Assembly: GCA_951812955.1 (NCBI GenBank)
Contig: OX638340.1
Coordinates: 1,120,001 to 1,184,000 of the forward strand
From: an uncultured Gemmatimonadota bacterium
Lineage (GTDB): Bacteria; JAAXHH01
DNA: 64,000 bases
Direction of reading: 5' to 3'
The translations under genes and the position numbers were made by a program. Positions 27,098 to 36,487 of this stretch are shown here, one piece after another. The notes below the pieces were generated by a model. That model was not told the DNA's origin, ran no database searches, and saw nothing but the letters and a program-made list of their open reading frames with translations. Within the stretch, counting starts at the first letter, position 1. The number at the start of each line of letters is the position of its first letter.

Positions 27098-28435
27098 ATG
27101 ACCACGACGGCGGCAACCTCGCAGGAGGCCATTTACCGGGAACGGACGCCGGGTTCCTACGAAGCGTTCAAACGCTCCCGTGAAGTCATGCCCGGCGTCG
27201 CAAAGGGCGCATACTTCTACGCCCCTTATCCCGTCACCATCGAACGGGCCGAGGGATGCTATCTGATTGACGTGGACGGGAACCGGTACGTGGACTTCGC
27301 CAACCACCATACCACCCAGATCCTTGGACACAACCATCCGGCCATAATCCGGGCGGTGGAACGGCAGATCGAACGGGGCATCGCCGTAGCCGCACCCATG
27401 GGAAGTGAAACGGCCCTCGCCGAGGAACTGTGCCGGCGGGTCGAATCCCTGGACAAGGTCCGATTCTGCAATTCGGGGACCGAAGCCACGCTGCACGCCA
27501 TCCGGCTGGCTCGGGAATACACGGGACGGCACCTCATCGCCAAGTTCGAGGGCGGGTACCACGGCAGTCACGACGCCGTCGAAATCAGCGTCGCACCAGA
27601 CCCGGCGAAGGCCGGTCCCCGGGAGCGGCCGGTACCGGTGCGGGGTGCAGGTGGCATGCCGCCCAACACCACCGAGAACGTCATTATCCTCCCCCAGGAT
27701 GACGAAGCCGCCGTGGAGACCCTCATCGAGGAACACCGGGACGAACTGGCGGCCGTGATTTTCGATCCCCGGACCGGTGTCATTCCCCAGCGACCCGCAT
27801 TCATCCGAGCGGTGCGGGAAATCACGCGCAGGCACGGCGTTCTGCTCATCTTCGATGAAATCGTGGGTTTTCGCGCATCGCCGGGCGGCGTCCAGGCGCA
27901 GTGCGGCATTCTGCCCGACCTGACCGCCTATGGCAAGATCGTGGGCGGCGGCTTTCCCGTGGGCGCCTTCGGCGGTCGGAAGGACCTGATGGATGTGCTG
28001 GATCCGACCCTGGGCAGACCGAGGCTGTCGCAAAGCGGATCTTTCAGCGGGCATCCGGTGGCCATGGCCGCCGGTCTTGCCATGCTTGAAGTGCTGACTC
28101 CCGACGTTTATGACCGTCTGGACCAACTGACCGAGCGCCTGATGGACGGTTTCCGGAATGTATTCGAACGGACCGGAACTGTGGCAACAGCTGTCGCATC
28201 AGGTTCCACCTTCAGTATTTACTTCACGGAGGGCCCGGTCAGGGTCTATCGGGCCGCCGCCGCGGCGGATAAGCGTCCCGTATCCGCGGTTTTTCTCGGC
28301 CTGCTCAACCGCGGTTACTATCTGTCGAACGGCCTGGCCATGAACTGTCTTTCGGCGGCCATGGACGAATCGCATATCGATGGCCTTGTTGCGGCCCTGG
28401 CCGAGACTTTGGCCGAGGCCCTGGAAGAAAACTGA
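27098..28435 (+). CDS. Class-III aminotransferase, glutamate-1-semialdehyde 2,1-aminomutase (HemL)-like
   Basis: Strong resemblance to HemL throughout (GHNHPAI, NSGTEAT, FEGGYHG, DEIVGFR, YGKIVGGGFPVGAFGG with the PLP-Lys context). Genomic context is not heme-related, so it is called by family only. Confidence 0.8.
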   Translation: MTTTAATSQEAIYRERTPGSYEAFKRSREVMPGVAKGAYFYAPYPVTIERAEGCYLIDVDGNRYVDFANHHTTQILGHNHPAIIRAVERQIERGIAVAAPMGSETALAEELCRRVESLDKVRFCNSGTEATLHAIRLAREYTGRHLIAKFEGGYHGSHDAVEISVAPDPAKAGPRERPVPVRGAGGMPPNTTENVIILPQDDEAAVETLIEEHRDELAAVIFDPRTGVIPQRPAFIRAVREITRRHGVLLIFDEIVGFRASPGGVQAQCGILPDLTAYGKIVGGGFPVGAFGGRKDLMDVLDPTLGRPRLSQSGSFSGHPVAMAAGLAMLEVLTPDVYDRLDQLTERLMDGFRNVFERTGTVATAVASGSTFSIYFTEGPVRVYRAAAAADKRPVSAVFLGLLNRGYYLSNGLAMNCLSAAMDESHIDGLVAALAETLAEALEEN

Positions 28436-28500
28436 CGTCCTTGGCCGGGATTCGCCGGCCGGTCTTTGTCCATTCGAACCACCCATACAGGAACGGAACC

Positions 28501-30162
28501 ATGTCTCAATCATTCAAGTGGGCTGTCATCGTAATCGGCGCAATGGCCGGCTTCTACCTGATCCCCCTGTTGATTTCGGCGCAGGGCGGCAGATCCGAGG
28601 AGTCGGCCGCCCGTCCCCTGCCCCCGGACGCCTCGCCGCGTGATCAGCAGGTCTTCAGGTTCATGAGCCCGGAACCCCGCACGCTCGACTCCGCCATAAA
28701 CGATTATGACACCGAAGACACCATCATCCCCTTCGAACCTCTGCTCCGGCGCGATCCGAACTGGAATCCGGAACCCGCTGCCGCCGACCGTTACGAATCT
28801 TCGCCGGACGGCAAAACGTGGACCTTCCATCTCCGGGAAGGCGCGAGATGGAGCGACGGCCGTCCCGTCACGGCCCATGACTTTGTATACTCATTTCGCC
28901 GCATGCTGGACCCGCAGGAGGCCAATCCCTACGGGTTCTTCTACCACGATTTCAAAAACGGACGCGCCATCAACCGCGGTGAAATCAAGGACCTGACCCA
29001 ACTGGGCGTCCGAGCGGCCGACGATCTCACCCTTGTCATCGAGACGGAGAAATCGGCCCCCTACCTGCCATACATCGTATCCTACGGGAACGCGCTGCCC
29101 GTGCCCCCGTGGCAGGTGGAAAAATACGATCGCAAGTGGACCCGGCTGGAGAACATCGTCTCGAATTCAGGGTTCAAACTGTCGGAGTGGATCACGGGCA
29201 GCCACATGACCCTGGTCCCGGACCCCATGTACAACGGTCCCCACAAGCCCTACCTGGAGAAGGTCATCCATCCCTTCCGCAACGCGGCGGTGGCCACGGT
29301 CCTCGCCTACGAGAACAACGAAGTGGACCGTGAACTCGTCGACGTGACCGACATGCCCCGCATCATGGCCGATCCCGAACTCGCGCCGGACCTGGTCAAG
29401 GTGGCCGCGAGGGCATCATGGTATCTCTTCTACCGCACGCGCCAGCCGCCCTTCGACGACGTACGGGTCCGGGAAGCCTTCACCCGGGCGATCGACCGGG
29501 AGGTCATCACAAATATCCTGCTGGGTGGAACGGCCGTACCCGCCTATTCCATGATTCCGCCCGAATTCGCCGAATACAACGGACCGGCCATGAAGGACTA
29601 CCAGTCCTATGACCCGGCAAAGGGCAGGGAGCTGATTCGGGAGGCCGGCTATCCCCGCGGGAGGGGATTCCCCCGACAGGAAATGTGGCTTCGGGCGCCC
29701 AATCCCACCATCAAGCGGATCAGCGAGGCAATCATGGCCATGTTGAAGGAGAACATCGGGGTCGATGTCACCATACGTGCCGCAGACCGCACCATGTATA
29801 TGAACAACATGTACAACTGGCGCATGAACCTGGGGCTGATCGTGTTCTACGCCGATTACCTCGACCCGCGCAACATGCTCGACATGATCTGGCACTCGCA
29901 GCCGCAGGGCTACGGCAGGTCGGACTGGACCAACGCCGAATTCGACCGGATGGTGGAACGGGCGGCCTCTGAACTGGATAGGGAGAAGCGACGCGCGCTT
30001 TACGCGGAGGCGGAGGAAATCATGGTTTCCGACTACGCCGGTTCCTTTCTGTTCCACCCGGTGAACCTTGAACTCAGGAAACCCTGGGTGAAAGGGATTA
30101 CGGAAAACCCGGACGGCACGGTCGGCGCAATGGACTATACGAGGGTCTACATCTCCCGGTAA
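28501..30162 (+). CDS. ABC-transporter substrate-binding protein, family 5 (oligopeptide/dipeptide/nickel type); orphan, no permease or ATPase adjacent
   Basis: Internal ATG at 28501. TM/signal anchor, SBP_bac_5-like length and motifs (WSDGRPVTAHDFVYSFRRMLDP). Confidence 0.8.
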   Translation: MSQSFKWAVIVIGAMAGFYLIPLLISAQGGRSEESAARPLPPDASPRDQQVFRFMSPEPRTLDSAINDYDTEDTIIPFEPLLRRDPNWNPEPAAADRYESSPDGKTWTFHLREGARWSDGRPVTAHDFVYSFRRMLDPQEANPYGFFYHDFKNGRAINRGEIKDLTQLGVRAADDLTLVIETEKSAPYLPYIVSYGNALPVPPWQVEKYDRKWTRLENIVSNSGFKLSEWITGSHMTLVPDPMYNGPHKPYLEKVIHPFRNAAVATVLAYENNEVDRELVDVTDMPRIMADPELAPDLVKVAARASWYLFYRTRQPPFDDVRVREAFTRAIDREVITNILLGGTAVPAYSMIPPEFAEYNGPAMKDYQSYDPAKGRELIREAGYPRGRGFPRQEMWLRAPNPTIKRISEAIMAMLKENIGVDVTIRAADRTMYMNNMYNWRMNLGLIVFYADYLDPRNMLDMIWHSQPQGYGRSDWTNAEFDRMVERAASELDREKRRALYAEAEEIMVSDYAGSFLFHPVNLELRKPWVKGITENPDGTVGAMDYTRVYISR

Positions 30163-30212
30163 AATAACCGCGTGGGGAGACCGCGACACAACGACACTAC
30201 GTTAGTACATGC

Positions 30213-30259
30213 AAAAAAAGCCTCCGCGGCGATACATTCACGCGGAGGCTTTTGGGTTT
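30213..30259. terminator. Bidirectional Rho-independent terminator between convergent SBP and TPR genes
   Basis: AAAAAAA-gcctccgcg-(12 nt loop)-cgcggaggc-TTTTGGGTTT. The A-tract upstream gives a U-tract for the opposite strand. Confidence 0.6.
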
Positions 30260-30304
30260 CTACAAATTGTCTGAACGTCGTAACCGTGTCGTTCCCAACG
30301 TCGA

Positions 30305-30898
30305 TTACCGGATCGCGTCCTTCATCTGAGCGACGATGTTGCGCAGCGACGCGGCGTTACGGGCTCGAGGCGCCAGTTTCAGGTAGCTCTCATAGGACTT
30401 GATCGCGTTCGGATAGTCCTCGCGGGTCTGGTACAGGATACCCAGGTTGTAGTGCCAGTTCGCCTTCTTGCCGTTGATGCGGATCGCGGCCCTGTAGGAA
30501 CTGATCGCGCTGCTGCTATTCTTGATTTTCTGATAAGCGCTGCCCAATGCGCCGTGTGCGTCCGCATATGCGGCATCGATCTGCGTCGCCTGCTTGAACG
30601 ACTTGATCGCGTTGGAGGTCTGGCCCGCCTTCTGCTGGGAAAGGCCGAGGTTGTAGTGCGCTTCCTTGTAATCCGCCTTCAATTCAACGGCTTTCTGGAA
30701 AGCGCCGATAGCATTCGTATACTGTCCTGCCTTGAAATAGGCGATGCCGAGATTGTAATGACGGGGGGGATCGTCCGGCATGGCATCCACTTTCGTCTTC
30801 GCATCCGCGACCGTCTGGGCTTGTATCGCAGGCGCTGCGACCAGCGCGGCCAGAACCATGAAGACGGCAAGGCAATTCAGTTTCTTGATGCGTGTCAT
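30305..30898 (-). CDS. Secreted TPR-repeat protein
   Basis: Internal ATG at 30898 with a GGAGGAA RBS, signal peptide, and four to five 34-aa TPR units (AHYNLGxxY...AIxxYxxAL). Confidence 0.7.
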   Translation of the reverse strand: MTRIKKLNCLAVFMVLAALVAAPAIQAQTVADAKTKVDAMPDDPPRHYNLGIAYFKAGQYTNAIGAFQKAVELKADYKEAHYNLGLSQQKAGQTSNAIKSFKQATQIDAAYADAHGALGSAYQKIKNSSSAISSYRAAIRINGKKANWHYNLGILYQTREDYPNAIKSYESYLKLAPRARNAASLRNIVAQMKDAIR

Positions 30899-31078
30899 CC
30901 TCGTTCCTCCGTTGGATAACTGAGCGTTACAGGACATTGAGTATTTATGGACAAATCGTGTTTTTGAGCGTATATTGAATCCAAGATGACTATAATATAG
31001 CATTTTGTCGAAATTTGCAAGTGAAATTCTCTACTTTCTTGTGGACGAAACGGTATCCTGGCATCAGGGAGGCCATCG

Positions 31079-31627
31079 ATGAAAAGTTATACTGTCGATG
31101 ATTTTCTGGGCGACGCACGGCGAATCGTGCGAGAACACGGGGTCAGGGACGGACTGGAATCGATCAGGAAGAACACCGAGCGCCTGCTCGGTCAGCCCGA
31201 CCTGCTGGAAACCTATGTCAACATGGACGAATACAAGGGCCATACGGTGATCGGCCAAGATCCCGAGACGGACATTTACGTCATCGTTCACGGCGGACGC
31301 AAAGGCGGTACTTCCCCGCCCCACGATCACGGTCCGTGCAGCGTGATTTACGGCAATTTTACGGGGCACACCCTGATGCGGCGCTGGAACCGGCTGGACG
31401 ATGGAGGGTCGGAGGGTCCGGCCAGTCTCAAGATGGCCCGGGAATACACAGTCGGCGCCGGGGAGGCGACCGCCTTCGCCGAGGGGGACATCCACTCCAT
31501 CGACTATCCCGACGGCGCCTTCTTCGTCCGCGTGACCGTGGGCGACGTGGAAAATCAGAAAACGCGCCGCTTCGATCTCGAACGGGGTATCGTGGAGATC
31601 GACGACCGCGCGGCTCGACCGGGATAG
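31079..31627 (+). CDS. Cupin-fold thiol dioxygenase-like protein (cysteine dioxygenase type I family)
   Basis: PHDHGPCSVIYGNFTGHTL resembles the CDO 3-His/Cys motif (HDH....C...L.G). RBS GGGAGG. Confidence 0.5.
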   Translation: MKSYTVDDFLGDARRIVREHGVRDGLESIRKNTERLLGQPDLLETYVNMDEYKGHTVIGQDPETDIYVIVHGGRKGGTSPPHDHGPCSVIYGNFTGHTLMRRWNRLDDGGSEGPASLKMAREYTVGAGEATAFAEGDIHSIDYPDGAFFVRVTVGDVENQKTRRFDLERGIVEIDDRAARPG

Positions 31628-31732
31628 CCGGGCGTAACATACTGGCCGTGCCCGGACCATGCAGTTATTCCATTTCCGTCCGCCTGTTTCACCAGATCCA
31701 CCCGATCCACCCGATCAAACCGCTCTCGACCC

Positions 31733-32686
31733 ATGTCCGCCCCTGAACCTGAAGCGAAGCAACCTCCAATAAAACCCACCGAATTCGTGACGCCGGACCG
31801 GCTGAGCGAGCTCCTGCGGCGCCGCAACCTGCCGGGCTTCATCTTCCTCGCCGGGCATCTGGCGGCCACTTTGCTCACTGGATACCTGGTGTCGCTTGCC
31901 ATGGGTATGTGGTGGTCGGTTCCGGCCCTGCTCATTCATGGCGCTATTGTGGTGCACTGGTTCGCGCCTTTCCACGAATGCTCCCACGGCACGGCCTTTC
32001 GAAGCGCGGCGATGAACCGGACCGTCGGATGGATAACCGGCACGGGGCTGTTTCTCATTCCCGCGTATTTCCGTTACGAGCACCTGGCCCACCATTCCCA
32101 CACGCAGATCACCGGAGACGATCCCGAAATGATCCCCATGGCGGAACGCCTGGGCGGCTATTTCTGGTATGCGACGGGCATTCCATACTTCTACAGCAAC
32201 CTGACGACCCTGGTAAGGATGCTGTTCTGGAGGTTCAACGCGGCCGAACGCAAGTTCCTGCCCCGGCGGGAACGGGGCAACGTGGTGATGGAAGCCTGGA
32301 GCATGGTCCTGGCATACGGGGCGCTGGCGGCCGTATCTATCTGGATCGATACGGCGGCCGTAGTCCTGTACTGGCTGGCCCCTCGCCTCGTGGGCGAACC
32401 CGTCATGCGCCTCATACGCATGTCCGAACACACGGGCTGCCCCCGCGTGCGCCATATCCTGCTCAACACCCGCACCGTGCTGACCATTCCGCTGATCCGG
32501 TGGCTGAACTGGAACAACGCGTATCACGCCGAACACCATGCCATTCCTACCGTACCCTTCCACGCCCTGGGCGACCTGCACCGGGTCATGGGGCCCCATT
32601 TCGAGGAAGTGCGGCCGGGATACGTGAACACGCAGTTGCACCTGATGTCAAACGGGATGAAAAACAGTACGGCACAGGATGGCTGA
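31733..32686 (+). CDS. Membrane fatty-acid desaturase family protein
   Basis: Three histidine boxes: HECSH, HLAHHSH, HAEHH; four TM helices. Confidence 0.8.
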   Translation: MSAPEPEAKQPPIKPTEFVTPDRLSELLRRRNLPGFIFLAGHLAATLLTGYLVSLAMGMWWSVPALLIHGAIVVHWFAPFHECSHGTAFRSAAMNRTVGWITGTGLFLIPAYFRYEHLAHHSHTQITGDDPEMIPMAERLGGYFWYATGIPYFYSNLTTLVRMLFWRFNAAERKFLPRRERGNVVMEAWSMVLAYGALAAVSIWIDTAAVVLYWLAPRLVGEPVMRLIRMSEHTGCPRVRHILLNTRTVLTIPLIRWLNWNNAYHAEHHAIPTVPFHALGDLHRVMGPHFEEVRPGYVNTQLHLMSNGMKNSTAQDG

Positions 32687-32694
32687 CCGGCAGG

Positions 32695-33090
32695 TCAGTC
32701 TTTCGTGGATTCCGGTGGGGAGTCCTTGGGGGGTACGACACACAGGAACCCGAGGGGATCCTTTCCGACACTCTCGAACTGGTGCTGTTCGTTCGGCGCG
32801 ATATACACCACGTCGCCCGGGGACACGTCGTGCACGTCCCAGCCGATGAGCACTTTCGCCCTGCCCCGAAGTATGTAGATGCCGTGGTCGTGGTCGTGGC
32901 GGTCGAAGGAGGACTGCCCGCCCGGCTCGATTTCGAAATAGCGCACGGAGAAATTGTTCGCTCCGTCTTCGGGACCGATGACCACCCGCACCGACCCGCC
33001 GACCGCGCCGCCCCCGGTGTAGGGGACCATCTCCACGCCCGCCCAGTCGTTCGCTCCGTTCTGCCCCCGATGTTTGTGCACAACGCCCAT
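32695..33090 (-). CDS. Cupin-domain protein (131 aa)
   Basis: Conserved cupin motifs G(x)5HxH...E (RHDHDHGIYILRG) and the second motif PxGxxH-like (VSPGDVVYIAPNEQHQF). Confidence 0.6.
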   Translation of the reverse strand: MGVVHKHRGQNGANDWAGVEMVPYTGGGAVGGSVRVVIGPEDGANNFSVRYFEIEPGGQSSFDRHDHDHGIYILRGRAKVLIGWDVHDVSPGDVVYIAPNEQHQFESVGKDPLGFLCVVPPKDSPPESTKD

Positions 33091-33132
33091 GAGAAGCTGG
33101 TCCGCCTGATAGACACTGCCTGGGGCAGTGAA

Positions 33133-34188
33133 TTACATGAAGTTACGCACGCCGCTTCCGTGCAGTTCCGATATGCGTTCGGCGTCCGCCCGGTCGAAGC
33201 CGATGGCCACGAGCTCGCGAATGCGCTTCCGGTGCATCTCTTCGTATAGTCCCACTACCGCGTCCCGCCCCCGGGCCAGTTGCTCCGGGTGCGATCCACC
33301 GCCGGCCAGCGTCATCATGGCCTTGAGCACGAAGGGACTGGAACCCGACGCCTGCTGGAGGAACAGGGTGCGTTCCTCGGCAGCCCGCATCAGGTCATCC
33401 TTTATCGATGGGTCCTGTTCGATGTGGTAGGCGAAATGGGAGATCCCGTACCCGACGTGCCGGCCCTCGTCCTGGCGCGCGAGTTTGAAGGTCCGCGCGG
33501 TGACCGGATCCGGCGCGACCTGCTCCAGGAACATCAGCAGTTCCATGAATGTCCCCTCGCCCAGGACGTGCATCAGGAAGGATCCGTTGGAATAGTCGTC
33601 CTGGGCCAGCAGGCTGCGCAGGGACCATTCCGTCGCGGCCGAGACGTACTGCAGTCCGCCGCCGTTTGCGAGTGCCCGCTTGGTGAAAACCTCCGCGTGC
33701 CTGGCCTCGTCCATGACCTGCGTGGCGAGGAAAAGGACGACCTCGGAATACTGGGGATCGATCCTGTTCATGAACTTGGCCGGCATGTACATGGCCAGGT
33801 ATTCGTTCTGTATCAGGAAGGTCATGACCTGGCAGACCGCCTGCTCCAGATCGTCCGGCAACTCGGGTAGCTCGTGCCAGGGGATATCGGTCGTCGCGTC
33901 CCACTGCCCCGCCTTGCCCTGTTCGTACAGTTCCGCGATGTTATCGGCCCATACCAGCTTCTTCTCTCGAATGGTAAACTCGAAATCCGGCGTTCCGGGG
34001 TCGACCACCGATCCGCGCTGCGCCAGTCCCTGGCCTTGGGGCGCAACGTCCGGCACTTCGCCCGCCCTGCCGACCTGGCAGTCCCGCATCAGGATGCCGC
34101 GGCCATCCGCGGGTTTCACCCTGATTCCCCGGTCTGGCTCGCCCCAGTCGGACGTATCGGGCAATGGAATGCTGAAATCCTCGCTCAT
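33133..34188 (-). CDS. Ferritin-like di-iron carboxylate protein (acyl-ACP desaturase / AurF-like oxygenase superfamily)
   Basis: Two ExxH motifs in helical context (VMDEARHAEVF and RQDEGRHVGYG), about 350 aa, no TM. Confidence 0.5.
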   Translation of the reverse strand: MSEDFSIPLPDTSDWGEPDRGIRVKPADGRGILMRDCQVGRAGEVPDVAPQGQGLAQRGSVVDPGTPDFEFTIREKKLVWADNIAELYEQGKAGQWDATTDIPWHELPELPDDLEQAVCQVMTFLIQNEYLAMYMPAKFMNRIDPQYSEVVLFLATQVMDEARHAEVFTKRALANGGGLQYVSAATEWSLRSLLAQDDYSNGSFLMHVLGEGTFMELLMFLEQVAPDPVTARTFKLARQDEGRHVGYGISHFAYHIEQDPSIKDDLMRAAEERTLFLQQASGSSPFVLKAMMTLAGGGSHPEQLARGRDAVVGLYEEMHRKRIRELVAIGFDRADAERISELHGSGVRNFM

Positions 34189-34321
34189 TTACGGCTCATT
34201 TCCTGGTAATTCGTTTACGATTTGTTCCCTGGCACGGATTGACTTGGCCGTTCTCGCCAGGTAGTATGTATGATACTGCGTTTTGCGGTAGTTGACAAGA
34301 TGAAGGTGAACCGGGAGTCCC

Positions 34322-36388
34322 ATGAATCTGTCGCGGTTGAGGGTGTTTCGTCTCTGGCGCGTAATGGCGCGTCGCTTCAGGCAGCGCCTGCACGCCAATA
34401 TCGAACGCATGCGGACGACCGACCAGGTCTTCATGATCAGCGCCGCGGCGATCATCGGGGTACTCGGAAGCGTTGGCGCCATTGCCTTCCGCTGGCTGAT
34501 CGATACCATAGAATTCCTCGCCTGGGGGGGCGGTATACCCAGTGTCTCGTCGGCCGATACCCTGCTGATCGTGGGCGTCCCCGCGGCCGGCGGGCTGATC
34601 GTGGGCGTTCTCATCTATTTCAGTACACGCGAAGCACGCGGACTGCCCGATGTCATGGAAGCCGTAGCGCTCCGCGGCGGCCGTGTCCGACCCCGCGTCG
34701 CGGTTGAGACCTCGATGGCCACGGCCATCAGTATCGGTACCGGTCTTTCGGTGGGACGGGAAGGACCCATCGCCCAGATCGGCGCGGCGCTCGGATCCAC
34801 TTTCGGGCAACTGACGAGGGTGAACATGCACCGCATGCGTACCTTCGTGGGCTGCGGCGCGGCGGCCGGTATAGCCGCTACCTTCAACACGCCCATCGCC
34901 GGAGCGCTTTTCTCCCTGGAAGTGATCCTGGGAAACTTCTCCTTCAGCCGGTTCAGTCCCATCGTGATCTCATCCGTGGTGGCCACGGCCATATCCCGTC
35001 ACTACCTCGGCAACCAGCCCGCGATCATCGTTCCACCCCACAGCCTGAATCATCCGCTGGAACTCGCGTTCTACGCCGTGCTGGGCATATTGGCAGCCAT
35101 CGTGGGAACGTTTTTCGTCCGGGCGCTTTACGGCGTGGAAGACCTGTACCGGAAAATACCGATCCCCGAATACCTGAAACCCATGACAGGCGGCCTGCTC
35201 GTCGGCCTCATTGCCCTCCTGTATCCACAGATCCTCGGCGTGGGTTATGAAACCATGGACCGTGCGCTTTTTTCTGATCTGGAATGGAAGCTCCTGGTCA
35301 TCCTCGTTTTCATGAAAATCGCGGCTACTTCCTTCACGCTGGGGTCGGGCGCATCGGGCGGCGTAATCGCCCCGTCCATGTTCGTGGGCTGCATGCTGGG
35401 GGGCGCTTTCGGCGTGCTGGTGAATCTGCTCTTCCCCGGCATGAGCGAAGCCCACGGCGCCTATGCACTTGTGGCAATGGGGGCCCTGGTCTCGTCGACC
35501 ATCCGTACGCCGCTCACAGCGATTCTCATGATTTTTGAAATGACCGGCGACTACACGCTCATTCTGCCGCTAATGATCTCAATCATCATAAGTACGGCGT
35601 TATCCGCCTATCTGCTGAAGCCCTCGGTGTATTCTCTGCGCCTGTTGAGAAGGAACATCGACCTGGAAAAGGGTCAGGAAACGAACATACTGAGGTCGCT
35701 TACCGTCTCGGAGGTCCGCGTTCCGTTTTTCGAAACGATACCGCCCGAGGCCCCGCTTGAGGACCTGATGTCGCGCCTGGCTGAGAGTTCCTTTACCGAG
35801 TTCTACATCACCGACGGCGAAGGGCGGTACAGGGGAGCGGTCACATTCGATCGCATCCGCAGCCTCGTCGCATACGGCGAGGACCTCGAGGGGGTCATCG
35901 TGGCCCATGACATCGCCCAGTTCGACCTGCCGACGGTTACGGACACAGACACCCTGGACCGGGTCATGCTGCTGTTCGGCCGGCATCAAGTCAACGCCTT
36001 CCCCGTAGTGGAACCGGGCACGGACCGCCTCGTCGGCGTGATCAGCAGGGAGCATGTCATGGACGCGTACAACCGCGAGACCGCCAGAAGGGACCTGGCC
36101 GGTGAATTCGGCAGCATGGTGAATACGCTGACCGGAGGACAGGTCGTTCGACTGGGGGTAGATTACGCGATGGTCGAAATCAATGCGCCCGGTCGGTTCA
36201 CGGGCCGCAGTATCCGGAGCCTGCAGATCCGCAGCCGGCAGGGGGTACAGATCCTGCTCATCAGGAAACGGGAGCACCGTGCCGGCCAGGCCCATTTCGT
36301 TCCTACGCCCGATTATGTGATCCAGGAGGATGATGTATTGCTCGTCGCCGGAGAGCGCGACAGTATAGAACGCATCGTTAACCTTTAA
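34322..36388 (+). CDS. ClC-family voltage-gated chloride channel / H+-Cl- antiporter with C-terminal CBS pair and TrkA_C-like domain
   Basis: GREGP and GxFxP-type selectivity motifs (GREGPIAQIG, GASGGVIAPS), about 10 TM, C-terminal CBS-like repeats. Confidence 0.85.
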   Translation: MNLSRLRVFRLWRVMARRFRQRLHANIERMRTTDQVFMISAAAIIGVLGSVGAIAFRWLIDTIEFLAWGGGIPSVSSADTLLIVGVPAAGGLIVGVLIYFSTREARGLPDVMEAVALRGGRVRPRVAVETSMATAISIGTGLSVGREGPIAQIGAALGSTFGQLTRVNMHRMRTFVGCGAAAGIAATFNTPIAGALFSLEVILGNFSFSRFSPIVISSVVATAISRHYLGNQPAIIVPPHSLNHPLELAFYAVLGILAAIVGTFFVRALYGVEDLYRKIPIPEYLKPMTGGLLVGLIALLYPQILGVGYETMDRALFSDLEWKLLVILVFMKIAATSFTLGSGASGGVIAPSMFVGCMLGGAFGVLVNLLFPGMSEAHGAYALVAMGALVSSTIRTPLTAILMIFEMTGDYTLILPLMISIIISTALSAYLLKPSVYSLRLLRRNIDLEKGQETNILRSLTVSEVRVPFFETIPPEAPLEDLMSRLAESSFTEFYITDGEGRYRGAVTFDRIRSLVAYGEDLEGVIVAHDIAQFDLPTVTDTDTLDRVMLLFGRHQVNAFPVVEPGTDRLVGVISREHVMDAYNRETARRDLAGEFGSMVNTLTGGQVVRLGVDYAMVEINAPGRFTGRSIRSLQIRSRQGVQILLIRKREHRAGQAHFVPTPDYVIQEDDVLLVAGERDSIERIVNL

Positions 36389-36395
36389 TGTTCAG

Positions 36396-36423
36396 TTGAC
36401 AGCATGCTATTTCGCCCTATTAT
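36396..36423 (+). promoter_or_regulatory. Sigma70-like promoter candidate (TTGACA-N16-TATTAT) upstream of the OMP gene
   Basis: TTGACA at 36396-36401, TATTAT at 36418-36423, about 65 nt upstream of the ATG at 36488. AT-rich patch in GC-rich DNA. Confidence 0.3.
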
Positions 36424-36487
36424 ATCGATCAGTCTTTAGCATCGAGGGGGTTCCTTTTCCATCACTTCACTTTATGGAGGCGCGAAA

